64,000 bases of DNA from an uncultured delta proteobacterium (GCA_963832165.1 CAWHTE010000003.1:64001-128000); one strand, 5' to 3'. Positions 19,715 to 31,671 are shown, counted from the stretch's first letter. The notes: generated by a model from the letters alone, not told the origin. Program-made: numbers and translations.

Positions 19715-20928
19715 TGCTCCGGTGCGCTCACTCGGACGCGCAGCCCTTCGCGCAGTCCCTCGATCTCACCCACGACGAGCGCCTCGCCTCCCGTGAGGCC
19801 GCGCGAGACGATCGCGCGGCCGTCCGCGGACTCGCCCGCGCTCGCGATCTCCTGGCGGCGCAGCTTGTCCTCGGTGACCACCCACGCGAACTCGCCCCGA
19901 TCGTCGCGGCGGATCGCGTCGCGCGGCGCGAGCACCTGCGGTGCGGCGCTCGCGACTCCGCCCGCGGGCTCGCCCGCGAAGAACGTGACGCGCACGCTCA
20001 TGTCGGGCCGCAGCCATTCGTCGGGCTCGAGGATGCGCACCTCGACCTTGAGCGTGCCCTTCTGGCGGTTGATCTGCGGATAGAGCTTCACGACGCGCGC
20101 GGCATAACGCTTGTCGGGATAGGCGTCGGGCGCGACCTGGGCGGGCTGGTCCTGCTTCACCTTCGAGAGGTCGGACTCGTTGATGTCGAGCTCGGCGCGC
20201 AGCTCGTCGGTGTTCGCGATCCGGATCAGCTCGCCCGAGCCCGCGAAGCCGCCCGGCACCGCGATCTCGCTCACCTCCTTGAGCTTCTCGAGCACGATGC
20301 CGGCCGTCGGAGCGCGCAGCACCGCGTCGTCGAGGTCGAGCGAGAGCTGATTCACGCGCGCCTGGAGTCGGTCGACCGTGGCGCGTGCCACGTCGAGCTG
20401 GGTCTCCTTCACGTCGAAGGTGGCCTGCGATCCCACGTCGCGCGCACGCAGCTCCTGCTGGCGTTTCAGCTCCTTCTCGGAGAGCGCCACCTGCGCGCGC
20501 GCCTCGGCGAGCGCCGCGCGCGCCTCGGCGTGAGCGGCCCGGAACGGCCGCGCGTCGAGCTTCACGAGCGCCTGGCCCTTCTCGACGCGCTCGCCCTCCT
20601 CCACGAGATAGGCCTCGATGCGTCCGGGGACGCGCACGCCGAGCGAGATGTAGCGGTCGCCCGTCACGACGTAGCCCGAGCCCGTGAGCACGGCGGCGGA
20701 GGTGGGTGTTGCGCCCGAGCCGGAGGCCTGGGCGTAGTCGACCTTCACTTCGGTAACGCTGCCGAGTGTCGCGCGCCAGGCGAGCAGCAGCAGCAACAGG
20801 AACAGCGCGCTCGCGCCGCCGATCCATGCGGGGCCCCACCAGCGCGGCCGCTCGCTTACCGCGGGCGCGCTGCGGTCGATGCGCAGCGCGGCGAGATCGT
20901 CGCGTCTGCGCTCGCTCTCGGCGGCCAT
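19711..20928 (-). CDS. Efflux periplasmic adaptor (MacA/HlyD-like) subunit
   Basis: N-terminal TM, biotinyl-lipoyl halves (VEEGERVEKGQALVKLD, LRAPTAGIV), coiled coil, LRPDMSV. Confidence 0.9.
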   Translation of the reverse strand: MAAESERRRDDLAALRIDRSAPAVSERPRWWGPAWIGGASALFLLLLLLAWRATLGSVTEVKVDYAQASGSGATPTSAAVLTGSGYVVTGDRYISLGVRVPGRIEAYLVEEGERVEKGQALVKLDARPFRAAHAEARAALAEARAQVALSEKELKRQQELRARDVGSQATFDVKETQLDVARATVDRLQARVNQLSLDLDDAVLRAPTAGIVLEKLKEVSEIAVPGGFAGSGELIRIANTDELRAELDINESDLSKVKQDQPAQVAPDAYPDKRYAARVVKLYPQINRQKGTLKVEVRILEPDEWLRPDMSVRVTFFAGEPAGGVASAAPQVLAPRDAIRRDDRGEFAWVVTEDKLRRQEIASAGESADGRAIVSRGLTGGEALVVGEIEGLREGLRVRVSAPEQ

Positions 20929-20937
20929 GGCCAGAGC

Positions 20938-22116
20938 TTAGGCCCTCCGCAACGCTTCCACCGGTCGCAGGCGCGCCGCGCGCAGCGCGGGGAACCAGCC
21001 GCCGATCAGGCCGATCGCCAAAGAGAGCGCCGCGGCCCAGGCCAGGTCGAACGCGCTCACGCGCAGGTCGATCACGTTGGTGGTGAACGTCACCGCGGTG
21101 AAGCCGACACCGCCCAGGGCGCTCGAGATCCCCGCGGCGAGAACCGCCGCGAGCGCGCCTCCGACCACGAACCCCGCGCCCGCCATGAGCAGCGACTCGA
21201 TCAGGAACGCGGAGAGGATCGCGCGGCGCGAGAAACCGAGAGCGCGCAGCGTGCCGATCTCGGCGGTGCGCGCCTGTACGCTCGCGTAGAGCGTGTTGGT
21301 CGCGCCGCAGATCGCGCCGATCCCCGACAGCACGGCGAGTCCGATCACGATCAGATAGAGCGCGTCCGCCGACTTGGACTGCTCGGCGTAGTACTCGGTC
21401 TCGCGCTGGGCTTCGAGCGCCCAGCGCGGCTCGTCGCCGATGCGCCGCGCGAGCGCGTCGATGTCGGCGCCGGGCGCCGCGCGCATGCGGAGGCCGGAGT
21501 AGGGCAGCGGGCGCTTCGCGTCTCGCGCGAGCTCGCGCACGTCCGCCCACACTTCGCTCTCGAACGAATCGCCGCTGCTGTCGAAGCGCCCCACCACCTT
21601 CCAGGTGCCGCGCCCGAACTTCAGCTCTTCGCCCACCACGGCGCCCGCATAGCGACCGGCGACGCCGGATCCCACGATCACCTCGCCGCTCGAGGGGTTG
21701 AACATGCGACCCTCGACGATCTGCACCGAGTCGTGCACCGCGAGCGCCACGGGCTCGACGCCGCGCACGAGCACGTTCTCGCGGCCGCCGTCGCGGCGCA
21801 GGAAGAACGGCTGCACCACGAGCTCGGGTGAAACGAGCGGCTCGCCGTTGCTGCCCTTCGCGACGCCCTCGAAATAGCGCAGCGTCTGATAGGCCTCGAG
21901 CGGCACGGCGCTCGATCCGTCGTTGGTGGCGCCCTTGCGCATGATGATCAGGTTGTCCGGCGCGCCCGTCGTCACGAGCGTGCGGCGCAGGCTCGACACG
22001 AGCGAGAGCAGGAGCGTGGTGGCGAGCACCACGACGGCGACCACGCCGAGCGTGAGCGCGGTGCGCGTGCGGCGCGCGAGCAGGTTCCCGATGCTGTAGC
22101 GAAGCGGCAGTGCCAT
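20938..22116 (-). CDS. MacB/FtsX-type ABC transporter permease
   Basis: NLLARRTRTALT, RTAEIGTLRALGF, PALRAARL. Confidence 0.9.
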   Translation of the reverse strand: MALPLRYSIGNLLARRTRTALTLGVVAVVVLATTLLLSLVSSLRRTLVTTGAPDNLIIMRKGATNDGSSAVPLEAYQTLRYFEGVAKGSNGEPLVSPELVVQPFFLRRDGGRENVLVRGVEPVALAVHDSVQIVEGRMFNPSSGEVIVGSGVAGRYAGAVVGEELKFGRGTWKVVGRFDSSGDSFESEVWADVRELARDAKRPLPYSGLRMRAAPGADIDALARRIGDEPRWALEAQRETEYYAEQSKSADALYLIVIGLAVLSGIGAICGATNTLYASVQARTAEIGTLRALGFSRRAILSAFLIESLLMAGAGFVVGGALAAVLAAGISSALGGVGFTAVTFTTNVIDLRVSAFDLAWAAALSLAIGLIGGWFPALRAARLRPVEALRRA

Positions 22117-22119
22117 GGC

Positions 22120-23286
22120 CTAGAACACTTCGCGCAGCGTCTGCACGACGCCGCGCCGCGCGGCGCCGAACGACGGCACGATGCCCGACAGCATGCCGAT
22201 GAAGAAGGCCAGGAACAGGCCCTGCACGAGGATCGTGTTCGTGACGATGAACGACGCGAGTGGACCCATCGCGGGGTTCCACGAGCTCGAGGCGTGGCGC
22301 ACGATCTGGGAGAGCCCGAGCGAGGCGAATGCGCCGGCCGCGCCCGCGAGCGTCGCGAGCAGCGTCGCCTCGGCCACGAGCATCCCGAACACGGTGCGGC
22401 GCGAGAATCCGATCGCCTTCAGGATCGCGATCTCGCGCATCCGCTCGCGCACGGTCATGCTCGCGGTATTCGCGGCGATGAACACGATGCAGACGGCCAC
22501 GAGCGCCGTTACGAGCATGATCAGGAACACGAGCCCCTCGAGCGCGCCGAAGAAGTTCTTGAAGTAGCTCTTCTCGTTCTCGGTCGCGGTCTGCGCCTCG
22601 CTGTTGCGGAACGTCTCGTCGATCTCGCGCGCGAGCGGATCGAGGCGGGAAGGATGGTCGACGCGCACCCACATCGTGCCCAGGAAGTCGAGCGTGCCGC
22701 CGGCCGCCTCGACCGCCTGCACGAGATACTCGCGCTGGAACCAGAAGTGCGGCGCGCGCTCGTTCGGGATCGTGCCGACGATCTTGAACGTGAGATCGAC
22801 CGGGAACACCGTGCCCTTCAGCGTGACGGTGTCGCCGACCTCCCAGCCATACTTCTTGAGCGTGCCGCCGCCCACGATGGCGCCGTCGCGCCGGCGCTTG
22901 AACTCCTCGAGCTGCTCCTTCGGGATCCCGTAATCGGGCCACGTCTCGGCCACGAGATCGGGCTCGATCGCGAAGTTCGGGAACGAGACGCCGTCCTCTT
23001 CCCGGAACACCCCGCCGAACCAGGTCCAGCTCGTGACCGCGACCACGCCCGGCATCGCGCGCACCTTCTGCATGTAGGAGTAGGGCACCGGGTACACGAG
23101 GCCGGCCTCGTTGTGCACCACGACGCGCGTATTCGTGGCGACCTGGTCGAGGATCCGGTTCATGCCGTCGGGCATCGTGGCCAGGAAGCACACGAGCGCG
23201 ACCGCGAGCGCGATCGCTCCGCCCGTGAGCAGGCTGCGCACCTTGTTGCGCGAGAGGTTGCGCCACAAGAACGCGGGCCAGCTCAC
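22120..23286 (-). CDS. MacB/FtsX-type ABC transporter permease
   Basis: RNKVRSLLT, ERMREIAILKAIGF. Confidence 0.9.
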   Translation of the reverse strand: MSWPAFLWRNLSRNKVRSLLTGGAIALAVALVCFLATMPDGMNRILDQVATNTRVVVHNEAGLVYPVPYSYMQKVRAMPGVVAVTSWTWFGGVFREEDGVSFPNFAIEPDLVAETWPDYGIPKEQLEEFKRRRDGAIVGGGTLKKYGWEVGDTVTLKGTVFPVDLTFKIVGTIPNERAPHFWFQREYLVQAVEAAGGTLDFLGTMWVRVDHPSRLDPLAREIDETFRNSEAQTATENEKSYFKNFFGALEGLVFLIMLVTALVAVCIVFIAANTASMTVRERMREIAILKAIGFSRRTVFGMLVAEATLLATLAGAAGAFASLGLSQIVRHASSSWNPAMGPLASFIVTNTILVQGLFLAFFIGMLSGIVPSFGAARRGVVQTLREVF

Positions 23287-23972
23287 GCTGCGCCTCCTCC
23301 CGCTACGGTGCGGTCGAGCAGACCCTTGTCGAGATGGTGGATCTCGTCGACGAACTGCTCGCCGCGCGAATCGTGCGTGACCATCACGACGGTCTTGCCG
23401 AACTCGCGGCGCAGGTCGCGCAGCAGTGCCAGGATCTCGACCGCGTTCTTCGCGTCGAGATCGCCCGTGGGCTCGTCGGCGACCACGATCTCGGGATCGG
23501 ACACGATCGCGCGCGCGATCGCGACGCGCTGCTGCTCGCCGCCCGACATCTCGCTGGGCATGTGCGTGGCGCGCTCGGCGAGCCCGACCACGCGCAGCGC
23601 GGTATTGGCGCGCTCGCGCCGCTCCGTCTTGGAGAGCTTGGTGAGCAAGAGCGGCAGCTCGACGTTCTCGCGCGCCGAGAGCACCGGGATCAGGTTGAAG
23701 AACTGGAAGATGAAGCCGACGTGCTGGGCGCGGAAGCTCGCGAGCTCGTCCTCGGACAGCTCGTTCAGGTCGCGTCCGGCCACCGTCACGCGGCCCTCGC
23801 TCGGTCGGTCGAGCCCTGCGAGCAGGTGGAGCAGCGTGGACTTGCCGGAGCCGGAGGGCCCCATCAGCGCGACGAAGCGTCCGCGCTCGATCGTGAGCGA
23901 GACGTGGTCGAGCGCGCGGACCTCATCGGCGCCGCGGCGATAAACCCGGGACACATCCTCGAGTTGGATCAA
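23283..23972 (-). CDS. ABC transporter ATP-binding protein (LolD/MacB-type)
   Basis: GPSGSGKST, MSGGEQQRVAIARA, ADEPTGDLD, VTHD. Confidence 0.95.
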   Translation of the reverse strand: MIQLEDVSRVYRRGADEVRALDHVSLTIERGRFVALMGPSGSGKSTLLHLLAGLDRPSEGRVTVAGRDLNELSEDELASFRAQHVGFIFQFFNLIPVLSARENVELPLLLTKLSKTERRERANTALRVVGLAERATHMPSEMSGGEQQRVAIARAIVSDPEIVVADEPTGDLDAKNAVEILALLRDLRREFGKTVVMVTHDSRGEQFVDEIHHLDKGLLDRTVAGGGAA

Positions 23973-24013
23973 GTGCGGGAACTCCGCGCAGGCGCCGCCC
24001 TAGCGTACCAGAG

Positions 24014-25184
24014 TCAAAAGACTTCCCGCAGCGTCTCGGCCACGCCCCGGCGCGCGGCCCCCAGCGCGGGGATGACCCCGGAGATCAGGCCGACGAAGAA
24101 CGCCAGGAACAGTCCCTCGACCAGAATCGTGTTGCGTCACGATGAACCACGACAGCGGCCCGAGCTGCGGGTTCCAGCCGCCCGACGCGGCCCGCGCGAG
24201 CCGGGAGAGCCCGAGCGAGACCCCCGCCCCGATCGCGCCCGCGAGCGTCGCGAGCAGCGTCGCCTCGGCCACGAGCATGCCGAACACTTGTCGGCGGGTG
24301 AAGCCGATCGCCTTCAGGATCGCGATCTCGCGAGACCGCTCGCGCACGGTCATGCTCGCGGTGTTCGCGGCGATGAACACGATGCAGATCGCGAGGAGCG
24401 CGCCCACTACCGTGATCAGGAGGGCCATCCCCTCGAGCGCCTGAAATTGGCTTCTGAAGAAGCTCTTCTCCGTCGCGGAGGCGGTCTGCGCTTCGCTGTT
24501 GTGGAAGGTCTCGTCGATCTCGCGCATCAGCGGGTCGACGCGTGCGGGATCGTCGACCCGCAGCCAGATCATGCCCGCGCTGTCGAGATTCCAGCCCTTC
24601 GCGACCACTGCCTGCGCGAGATACTCGCGCTGGAACCAGAAGTGCGGCGCGCGCACGAGCGGGATCTCGCCGACGATCTTGAAGGTGAGCGCGATCTCCC
24701 AGTCCCGGCTCGTGAGCGTGACCTGGTCGCCCGGCGCCCAGCCGTACCGTTCCATGGTGCCGCGCCCGACCACGGCGCCGTCGCGCCGCCGTGCGAACTC
24801 CGCGAGCACCGCCGGATCGATCTTCCAGTCCGCCCACACGACGCCGACCGCGTCAGGCTCGACCGCGAGGGTCGGGAACGACGCGCCTTCCTCTTCTCGA
24901 TAGGCGCCGCCAAACCAGGTCCAGCTCGCCGCGGCCACCACGCCGGGCATCGCACGGATCTTCTCCAGATAGGCATAGGGCAGCCAGTCGTAGGCGACGC
25001 CCGCCCCGTCGTGCACGACGATGCGCGTGTTCGCGGCCACCGAGTCGAGCATTCGGTCGAGCCCGTCGGGCATCGTGGCGAGGAAGCACACCAGCGAGAT
25101 CGCGAGCGCGATCGCGCCTCCCGTGAGCACACTGCGCAGCTTGTTGCGCGCGAGATTGCGCCACAGAAACGAGGTCCAGCTCAT
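24014..25184 (-). CDS. MacB/FtsX-type ABC permease, paralog of 22120-23286 (frameshift at ~24130)
   Basis: MSWTSFLWRNLARNKLRS vs MSWPAFLWRNLSRNKVRS; both end LREVF* after the frame correction; AGGAGG SD. Confidence 0.85.
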
Positions 25185-25196
25185 GCCGCCTCCTGC

Positions 25197-25236
25197 TGGT
25201 CTTCGCTCGCCTCCCGGCTCGCTGCGCGAAACTTGC
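25197..25236 (-). repeat. GNA mini-hairpin dispersed repeat, copy 1 (intergenic, next to the permease SD)
   Basis: + strand TGGTCTTCGCTCG-CCTCCCGG-CTCGCTGCGCGAAACTTGC; near-identical to 57827-57865. Confidence 0.75.
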
Positions 25237-25316
25237 AGCTCCGCGGGCCATCCTATCAGAATGCTGGGAAAACCCCGCTGGATCGGTATCTTTGGCCCCC
25301 TCGCGGCGGAGGACCC

Positions 25317-25604
25317 GTGACCGAGCTCAACATCTTTTCGATGCTTTTCGCGCTGATGCTGGCGACTTTCGTCGGCTTCCAGGTGATCCAGAACGTGTCG
25401 CGGCTGCTCCACACGCCGCTGATGTCGCTGACCAACGCGATCTCCGCGATCGCCGTGGTGGGCTCGATCATCATCGCGGGCGAGCAGAAGACGACGTTCT
25501 CCACGGTGCTCGGAGCGGTCGCGGTGTTCGCGTCGGTGACCAACATCGTCTCCGGGTTCCTGATCACCGACCGCATGCTCAAGATGTTCAAGGAGCGGAA
25601 GTAG
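25317..25604 (+). CDS. pntAb: NAD(P) transhydrogenase subunit alpha, membrane part (PntAb)
   Basis: LHTPLMSLTNAISAI, NIVSGFLITDRMLKMF. Confidence 0.92.
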   Translation: MTELNIFSMLFALMLATFVGFQVIQNVSRLLHTPLMSLTNAISAIAVVGSIIIAGEQKTTFSTVLGAVAVFASVTNIVSGFLITDRMLKMFKERK

Positions 25605-25606
25605 CC

Positions 25607-27004
<1,398 letters not shown>

Positions 27005-27033
27005 GATCAGACAGGAACCTGGGGGTGGTGGGG

Positions 27034-28176
27034 ATGACCAGGAACTTTTGCGCGCTCATGATCGCCGCCGCAGTGATCGCCTGCGGACCCGGTGGCGAAT
27101 CCAAGTCGGGTGATGCGGGGCCGATTCCGGTCGGTCACGTCGCGTCGCTGACCGGTGACACCGCGACGTTCGGCCAGAGCACGGACCGCGGCATGCGCAT
27201 GGCGATCGAGGAGATCAACGCCAAGGGCGGCGCGCTCGGCCGGCCGCTCGAGCTGCTCTCCGAGGACGACCGCTCGATCACCGAGGAAGCGCGCACCGCG
27301 GCGCAGAAGCTGCTCCAGCGCGACCAGGTGGTGGCGCTGCTCGGGGAGATCGCCTCGTCGCGCTCGCTCGCGGCCGCACCCGAGGCGCAGCGCTCGCGCG
27401 TGCCGATGATCTCACCCGGCTCGACCAACCCGAAGGTCACCGAGGTCGGCGACTACATCTTCCGCGCCTGCTTCATCGATCCGTTCCAGGGCACCGTGAT
27501 GGCGCGCTTCGCCACCGAAGAGCTCAAGGTCAAGCGCGTGGCGATCCTGTTCGACTTCAAGCAGGACTACTCCGTCGGCCTCGCCGATTACTTCCGCAAG
27601 ACCTTCACGGAGCTCGGCGGCGAGATCGTCGCGGACGAGCGCTACACGAGCGGCGACATCGAGTTCCGCGCGCAGCTGACGACGATCCGCGCCGCCAAGC
27701 CCGACGCGATCTTCGTGCCGGGCTATTACACGGAGCTCGGCCTGATCGCGAAGCAGGCGCGCGAGCTCGGCATCGACGTGCCGCTGCTCGGCGGCGACGG
27801 CTGGGATTCGGAGAAGACGCTCGAGATCGGCGGCAAGGCCGTCGAGGGCTACTTCTTCTCGACGCACTATGCGGCCGACGCCGACAGCCCGAAGGTCCAG
27901 GAGTTCGTGAAGCGCTACACCGAGAAGTACCACCAGACGCCCGACGCGATGGCCGCACTCGGCTACGACACCGCGGGCATCCTCGCCGACGCGCTGACCC
28001 GCGCCGGCTCCACCGATGGCGCGGCGCTGCGCGACGCGATCGCGTCCACGAAGGACTACGAGGGCGTGACGGGCCGGATCAGCATCGACGCCGAGCGCAA
28101 CGCGCGCAAGGACGCCGTCGTGCTCAAGATCGAGGGCGGCAAGTTCAAGTTCTACCGCTCGGTGCCGGCGAGCTAA
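27034..28176 (+). CDS. livK: Branched-chain amino acid ABC substrate-binding lipoprotein
   Basis: Lipobox-like VIAC; EEINAKGG, TNPKVT...YIFRACFIDPFQG, EGVTGRISID. Confidence 0.88.
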   Translation: MTRNFCALMIAAAVIACGPGGESKSGDAGPIPVGHVASLTGDTATFGQSTDRGMRMAIEEINAKGGALGRPLELLSEDDRSITEEARTAAQKLLQRDQVVALLGEIASSRSLAAAPEAQRSRVPMISPGSTNPKVTEVGDYIFRACFIDPFQGTVMARFATEELKVKRVAILFDFKQDYSVGLADYFRKTFTELGGEIVADERYTSGDIEFRAQLTTIRAAKPDAIFVPGYYTELGLIAKQARELGIDVPLLGGDGWDSEKTLEIGGKAVEGYFFSTHYAADADSPKVQEFVKRYTEKYHQTPDAMAALGYDTAGILADALTRAGSTDGAALRDAIASTKDYEGVTGRISIDAERNARKDAVVLKIEGGKFKFYRSVPAS

Positions 28177-28181
28177 CGCAT

Positions 28182-28226
28182 TGGACTTCGCTCGGCTTCG
28201 CCTCGCTGCGCGCGCCCTTCGGGCGC
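28182..28226 (-). repeat. GNA mini-hairpin dispersed repeat, copy 2 (livK-livH spacer), plus adjacent GCGCCC-GAA-GGGCGC hairpin
   Basis: + strand TGGACTTCGCTCG-GCTTCGC-CTCGCTGCGCG followed by GCGCCCTTCGGGCGC. Confidence 0.7.
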
Positions 28227-28256
28227 TTGCTTGGCCTTGAGGTCGAGCGTTAGGCT

Positions 28257-29159
28257 TTGGAGCAATTTCTCCAACAGCTCCTGAACGGGATCGCCTGGGG
28301 CAGCATCTACGCCCTGATCGCGCTCGGCTACACGATGGTGTACGGCGTGCTCAAGCTGATCAACTTCGCCCACGGCGAGGTCTACATGGTCGGCGCGATG
28401 GCGGGCTACTACTGCGCGCACGCGCTCGGCTTCGCGGCCGAGCCGTCGCTCGCGGGCCTGTTCGTGGTGCTCGTGCTGTCGATGGCGGCCTGCGCCTTGC
28501 TCGGCGCGACGATCGAGCGCGTGGCCTATCGGCCGCTGCGCAATGCGCCGCGCCTGGCCTCGCTGATCACGGCGATCGGCGTGTCGCTCCTGCTCCAGAA
28601 TGGCGGTCAGCTCCTGTTCGGCGCCGATCCGAAGTTCTTCCCGTCGATCGTGGTCGCGCGCGAGGTCGTGCGCTTCGGCAGCGTCGCGGTGTCGAACATC
28701 CAGCTCTTCGTGCTCGGCACTGCGATGGTGCTGATGGTGGGACTCGAGGTCGTGGTGATGCGCACGCGCTTCGGCCGCGCGATGCGCGCGGTGTCGGTCG
28801 ATGCGCCGGCCGCCGCGCTCATGGGCGTGCCGGTCGACCGCGTGATCTCGGGCACGTTCATGCTCGGTTCGGCGCTCGCGGCCGCCGCCGGGATCCTGGT
28901 CGGGCTCTCCAATCCCAAGATCGATCCGCTGATGGGACTCCTGCCCGGACTCAAGGCGTTCGTGGCCGCCGTGCTCGGCGGCATCGGCAGCATCCCGGGC
29001 GCGATGGTCGGGGGTCTCCTGCTCGGCGTCGTCGAGACGATGGTGTCCGCCTATCTCTCGAGCACCTATCGCGACGCGATCGCGTTCGTGATCCTGATCG
29101 CGATCCTGCTCTACCGGCCGACGGGTCTGTTCGGTACGGGTCAGGTCGAGAAGGTATGA
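28257..29159 (+). CDS. livH: Branched-chain amino acid ABC permease
   Basis: YALIALGYTMVYGVLKLINFAHGE, KAFVAAVLGGIGSIPGA. Confidence 0.93.
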   Translation: MEQFLQQLLNGIAWGSIYALIALGYTMVYGVLKLINFAHGEVYMVGAMAGYYCAHALGFAAEPSLAGLFVVLVLSMAACALLGATIERVAYRPLRNAPRLASLITAIGVSLLLQNGGQLLFGADPKFFPSIVVAREVVRFGSVAVSNIQLFVLGTAMVLMVGLEVVVMRTRFGRAMRAVSVDAPAAALMGVPVDRVISGTFMLGSALAAAAGILVGLSNPKIDPLMGLLPGLKAFVAAVLGGIGSIPGAMVGGLLLGVVETMVSAYLSSTYRDAIAFVILIAILLYRPTGLFGTGQVEKV

Positions 29160-30172
29160 CGCGCGGCGCGCGCACGGCGGTCGCGTTCGCGGCGGCGTGC
29201 GCGCTGCTCGTGCTGGCCGATCAGGCGCTGCCGCGCGTGCTCAACAGCTACTACCTGACGATCCTCGTGCGCATCCTGGTTGCGGTGCTGGCCGCCGTGA
29301 GCCTGCAGCTCGTGAACGGCTTCACGGGACAGTTCTCGATCGGCCACGCGGGCTTCATGGCGGTGGGCGCCTACACGAGTGCCGCGCTCTCCGTCTACGC
29401 GAGCGCACCGCTCCTGGCGGACCTGCAAGCGTGGTTCCCGGTCTCCGTGGCGCACGCCATCTACTACCCGATCCCGCTCGTGATGGGCGGTCTCGCCGCT
29501 TCGCTCGCGGGTCTGCTCGTCGGGATCCCGGCGCTGCGGCTGCGCGGCGACTACCTCGCCATCGCCACGCTCGGATTCGGCGAGATCATCCGGATCGCGA
29601 TCCTGAACATCGACGCGGTTGGCGGCGCGCGCGGGTTCGCACTCACGGCCCAGGCCGGCGTCGACCTGCGATACGAGAGCCTGGGCGCGGTGGGCGCGGT
29701 GGTGGCGATCTCGGTCGCGTTGATCGCGCGGCTCGTGTACTCGGCAGGCGGGCTCGCGTTTCGCGCCGTGCGCGAGGACGAGATCGCGGCCGAGGCGATG
29801 GGCATCGCCACCACGCGCGTGAAGGTCGAGGCGTTCGCGGTGGCGAGCTTCTTCGCGGGCGTGGCCGGCGCGCTGTTCGCGCACGCCGAGGGCTATGTCC
29901 ACACGAACAGCTTCTCGTTCGTGCGCTCCTTCGAGATCATGGCGTTCGTGGTGCTCGGCGGGCTCGGCTCGCTCACGGGCGCCGCGCTCGCGGCCGCCGT
30001 GCTCACGGCGGCCCCGGAGCTTCTGCGCGGGCTCGGCGAGTGGCGCATGGTGCTCTACTCGCTCCTGATCATCGGGACCATGCTCGTGCGGCCGCAGGGC
30101 CTGCTCGGATCGCGCGAGCTCTCGCTCGCCTTCCTGTCGCGCCGCGTACCACCGCGCGCAGCGGGGCCGTGA
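29156..30172 (+). CDS. livM: Branched-chain amino acid ABC permease
   Basis: GFTGQFSIGHAGF, LRLRGDYLAIATLGFGEI, VREDEIAAEAMG. Confidence 0.93.
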   Translation: MTRGARTAVAFAAACALLVLADQALPRVLNSYYLTILVRILVAVLAAVSLQLVNGFTGQFSIGHAGFMAVGAYTSAALSVYASAPLLADLQAWFPVSVAHAIYYPIPLVMGGLAASLAGLLVGIPALRLRGDYLAIATLGFGEIIRIAILNIDAVGGARGFALTAQAGVDLRYESLGAVGAVVAISVALIARLVYSAGGLAFRAVREDEIAAEAMGIATTRVKVEAFAVASFFAGVAGALFAHAEGYVHTNSFSFVRSFEIMAFVVLGGLGSLTGAALAAAVLTAAPELLRGLGEWRMVLYSLLIIGTMLVRPQGLLGSRELSLAFLSRRVPPRAAGP

Positions 30173-30948
30173 TGGCGCTGCTCGAGCTCTCCGACATCAC
30201 GGTTCGCTTCGGGGGCGTCGTCGCGATCTCGAAGCTCGACCTGCGCGTGGATGCGGGGCAGCTCGTCGCGATGATCGGGCCCAACGGCGCGGGCAAGACC
30301 ACCGCGTTCAACGTGATCACGGGCGCGTGCGCGCCGACCGAGGGGCACGTGCGCTTCGACGGCGCGCAGATCGACGGCCGGCCCGCGCACCAGGTGTGCC
30401 GGCGCGGCATCGCGCGCACGTTCCAGAACATCCGCCTGTTCCGCACGCTCACGGTGCTCGAGAACGCGCTCGCGGCGCTGGTCGGCGCGCAGCGCTCGGG
30501 GCGCGCCGACGTGCTGCGCGGCGGCGACTGGTACCAGCGCGAAGCCGCCAACGAGGAGCAGGCGAGGGCGCTCCTGGAGAGAATGGGTCTCGGGCGTTTC
30601 GCCGACGCGCGCGCCGATTCGCTCCCGTACGGCGAGCAGCGCCGGCTCGAGATCGCGCGCGCTCTCGCGACGCGGCCGCGCCTGCTGCTGCTCGACGAGC
30701 CGGCCGCGGGCATGAATCCCTCGGAGAAGGAGGCGCTGCGCGAGCTGATCGTGCAGCTGCACCGGGACTTCGAGCTCACGATCGTGCTGATCGATCACGA
30801 CATCCCGTTCGTGATGAACCTGTGCGAGCGCGTGTCCGTGCTCGATCACGGCGAGAAGATCGCCGAGGGCGCACCCGACGTGGTGCGCCGCGATCCGCGG
30901 GTCATCGAAGCGTACCTGGGCACGGACGATGCCGCGGAGCACGCGTGA
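30172..30948 (+). CDS. livG: Branched-chain amino acid ABC ATPase
   Basis: GPNGAGKTT, RTFQNIRLF, LPYGEQRRLEIARAL, DEPAAGMN, VIEAYLG. Confidence 0.93.
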   Translation: MALLELSDITVRFGGVVAISKLDLRVDAGQLVAMIGPNGAGKTTAFNVITGACAPTEGHVRFDGAQIDGRPAHQVCRRGIARTFQNIRLFRTLTVLENALAALVGAQRSGRADVLRGGDWYQREAANEEQARALLERMGLGRFADARADSLPYGEQRRLEIARALATRPRLLLLDEPAAGMNPSEKEALRELIVQLHRDFELTIVLIDHDIPFVMNLCERVSVLDHGEKIAEGAPDVVRRDPRVIEAYLGTDDAAEHA

Positions 30949-31670
30949 GCGGAACGAACACTCCGCTCTTGCGCGTCGAATCGCTGTCGGTCGCCTACGG
31001 CGCGATCCTCGCGCTGCGCGGCGTCGACTTCGAGGTGGCGCCCGGCGAGATCGCCACGCTGATCGGCTCGAACGGCGCGGGCAAGTCGACGCTCTTGCGC
31101 GCCGTGAGCGGACTGCTGCGGCCGCGCTCGGGCCGGATCTGGTTCGACGGAGTGGACATCACCGCGGAGCGCGCGGACCGCCGCGTCGCGCGCGGGATCT
31201 CGCAGGTGCCCGAGGGCCGCCGGATCTTCGCCAACCTGACCGTGCGCGAGAACCTGCAGATGGGCGCCTACCTGCGCGATGCGCGCGACTCGAGCGCCTA
31301 CGAGCGCGCGCTGACGCTGTTCCCGCGCCTGCGCGAGCGGCTCGGCCAGAGCGCGGGAACGCTCTCGGGCGGCGAGCAGCAGATGCTCGCGATCGGCCGC
31401 GCGCTGATGGCCCAGCCGCGACTGCTGCTGCTCGACGAGCCCTCGCTCGGCCTCGCGCCGCTGCTCGTGCAACAGATCTTCGCGATCATCCGCGAGATCA
31501 ACGCGCAGGGAACGACCGTGGTGCTCGTGGAGCAGAACGCGCGCCAGGCGCTGCGCGTCGCACAGCGGGCCTACGTGCTCGAGACGGGCGCGGTCACGCT
31601 CTCGGGTTCCGCGCCCGAGCTCGCGCAGGACGAGCGCGTGCGCCGCGCCTATCTCGGCGGAGCGGGCTGA
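30945..31670 (+). CDS. livF: Branched-chain amino acid ABC ATPase
   Basis: GSNGAGKST, VPEGRRIF, LSGGEQQMLAIGRALM, DEPSLGLAP, VEQNA. Confidence 0.93.
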   Translation: MSGTNTPLLRVESLSVAYGAILALRGVDFEVAPGEIATLIGSNGAGKSTLLRAVSGLLRPRSGRIWFDGVDITAERADRRVARGISQVPEGRRIFANLTVRENLQMGAYLRDARDSSAYERALTLFPRLRERLGQSAGTLSGGEQQMLAIGRALMAQPRLLLLDEPSLGLAPLLVQQIFAIIREINAQGTTVVLVEQNARQALRVAQRAYVLETGAVTLSGSAPELAQDERVRRAYLGGAG

Positions 31671-31671
31671 C

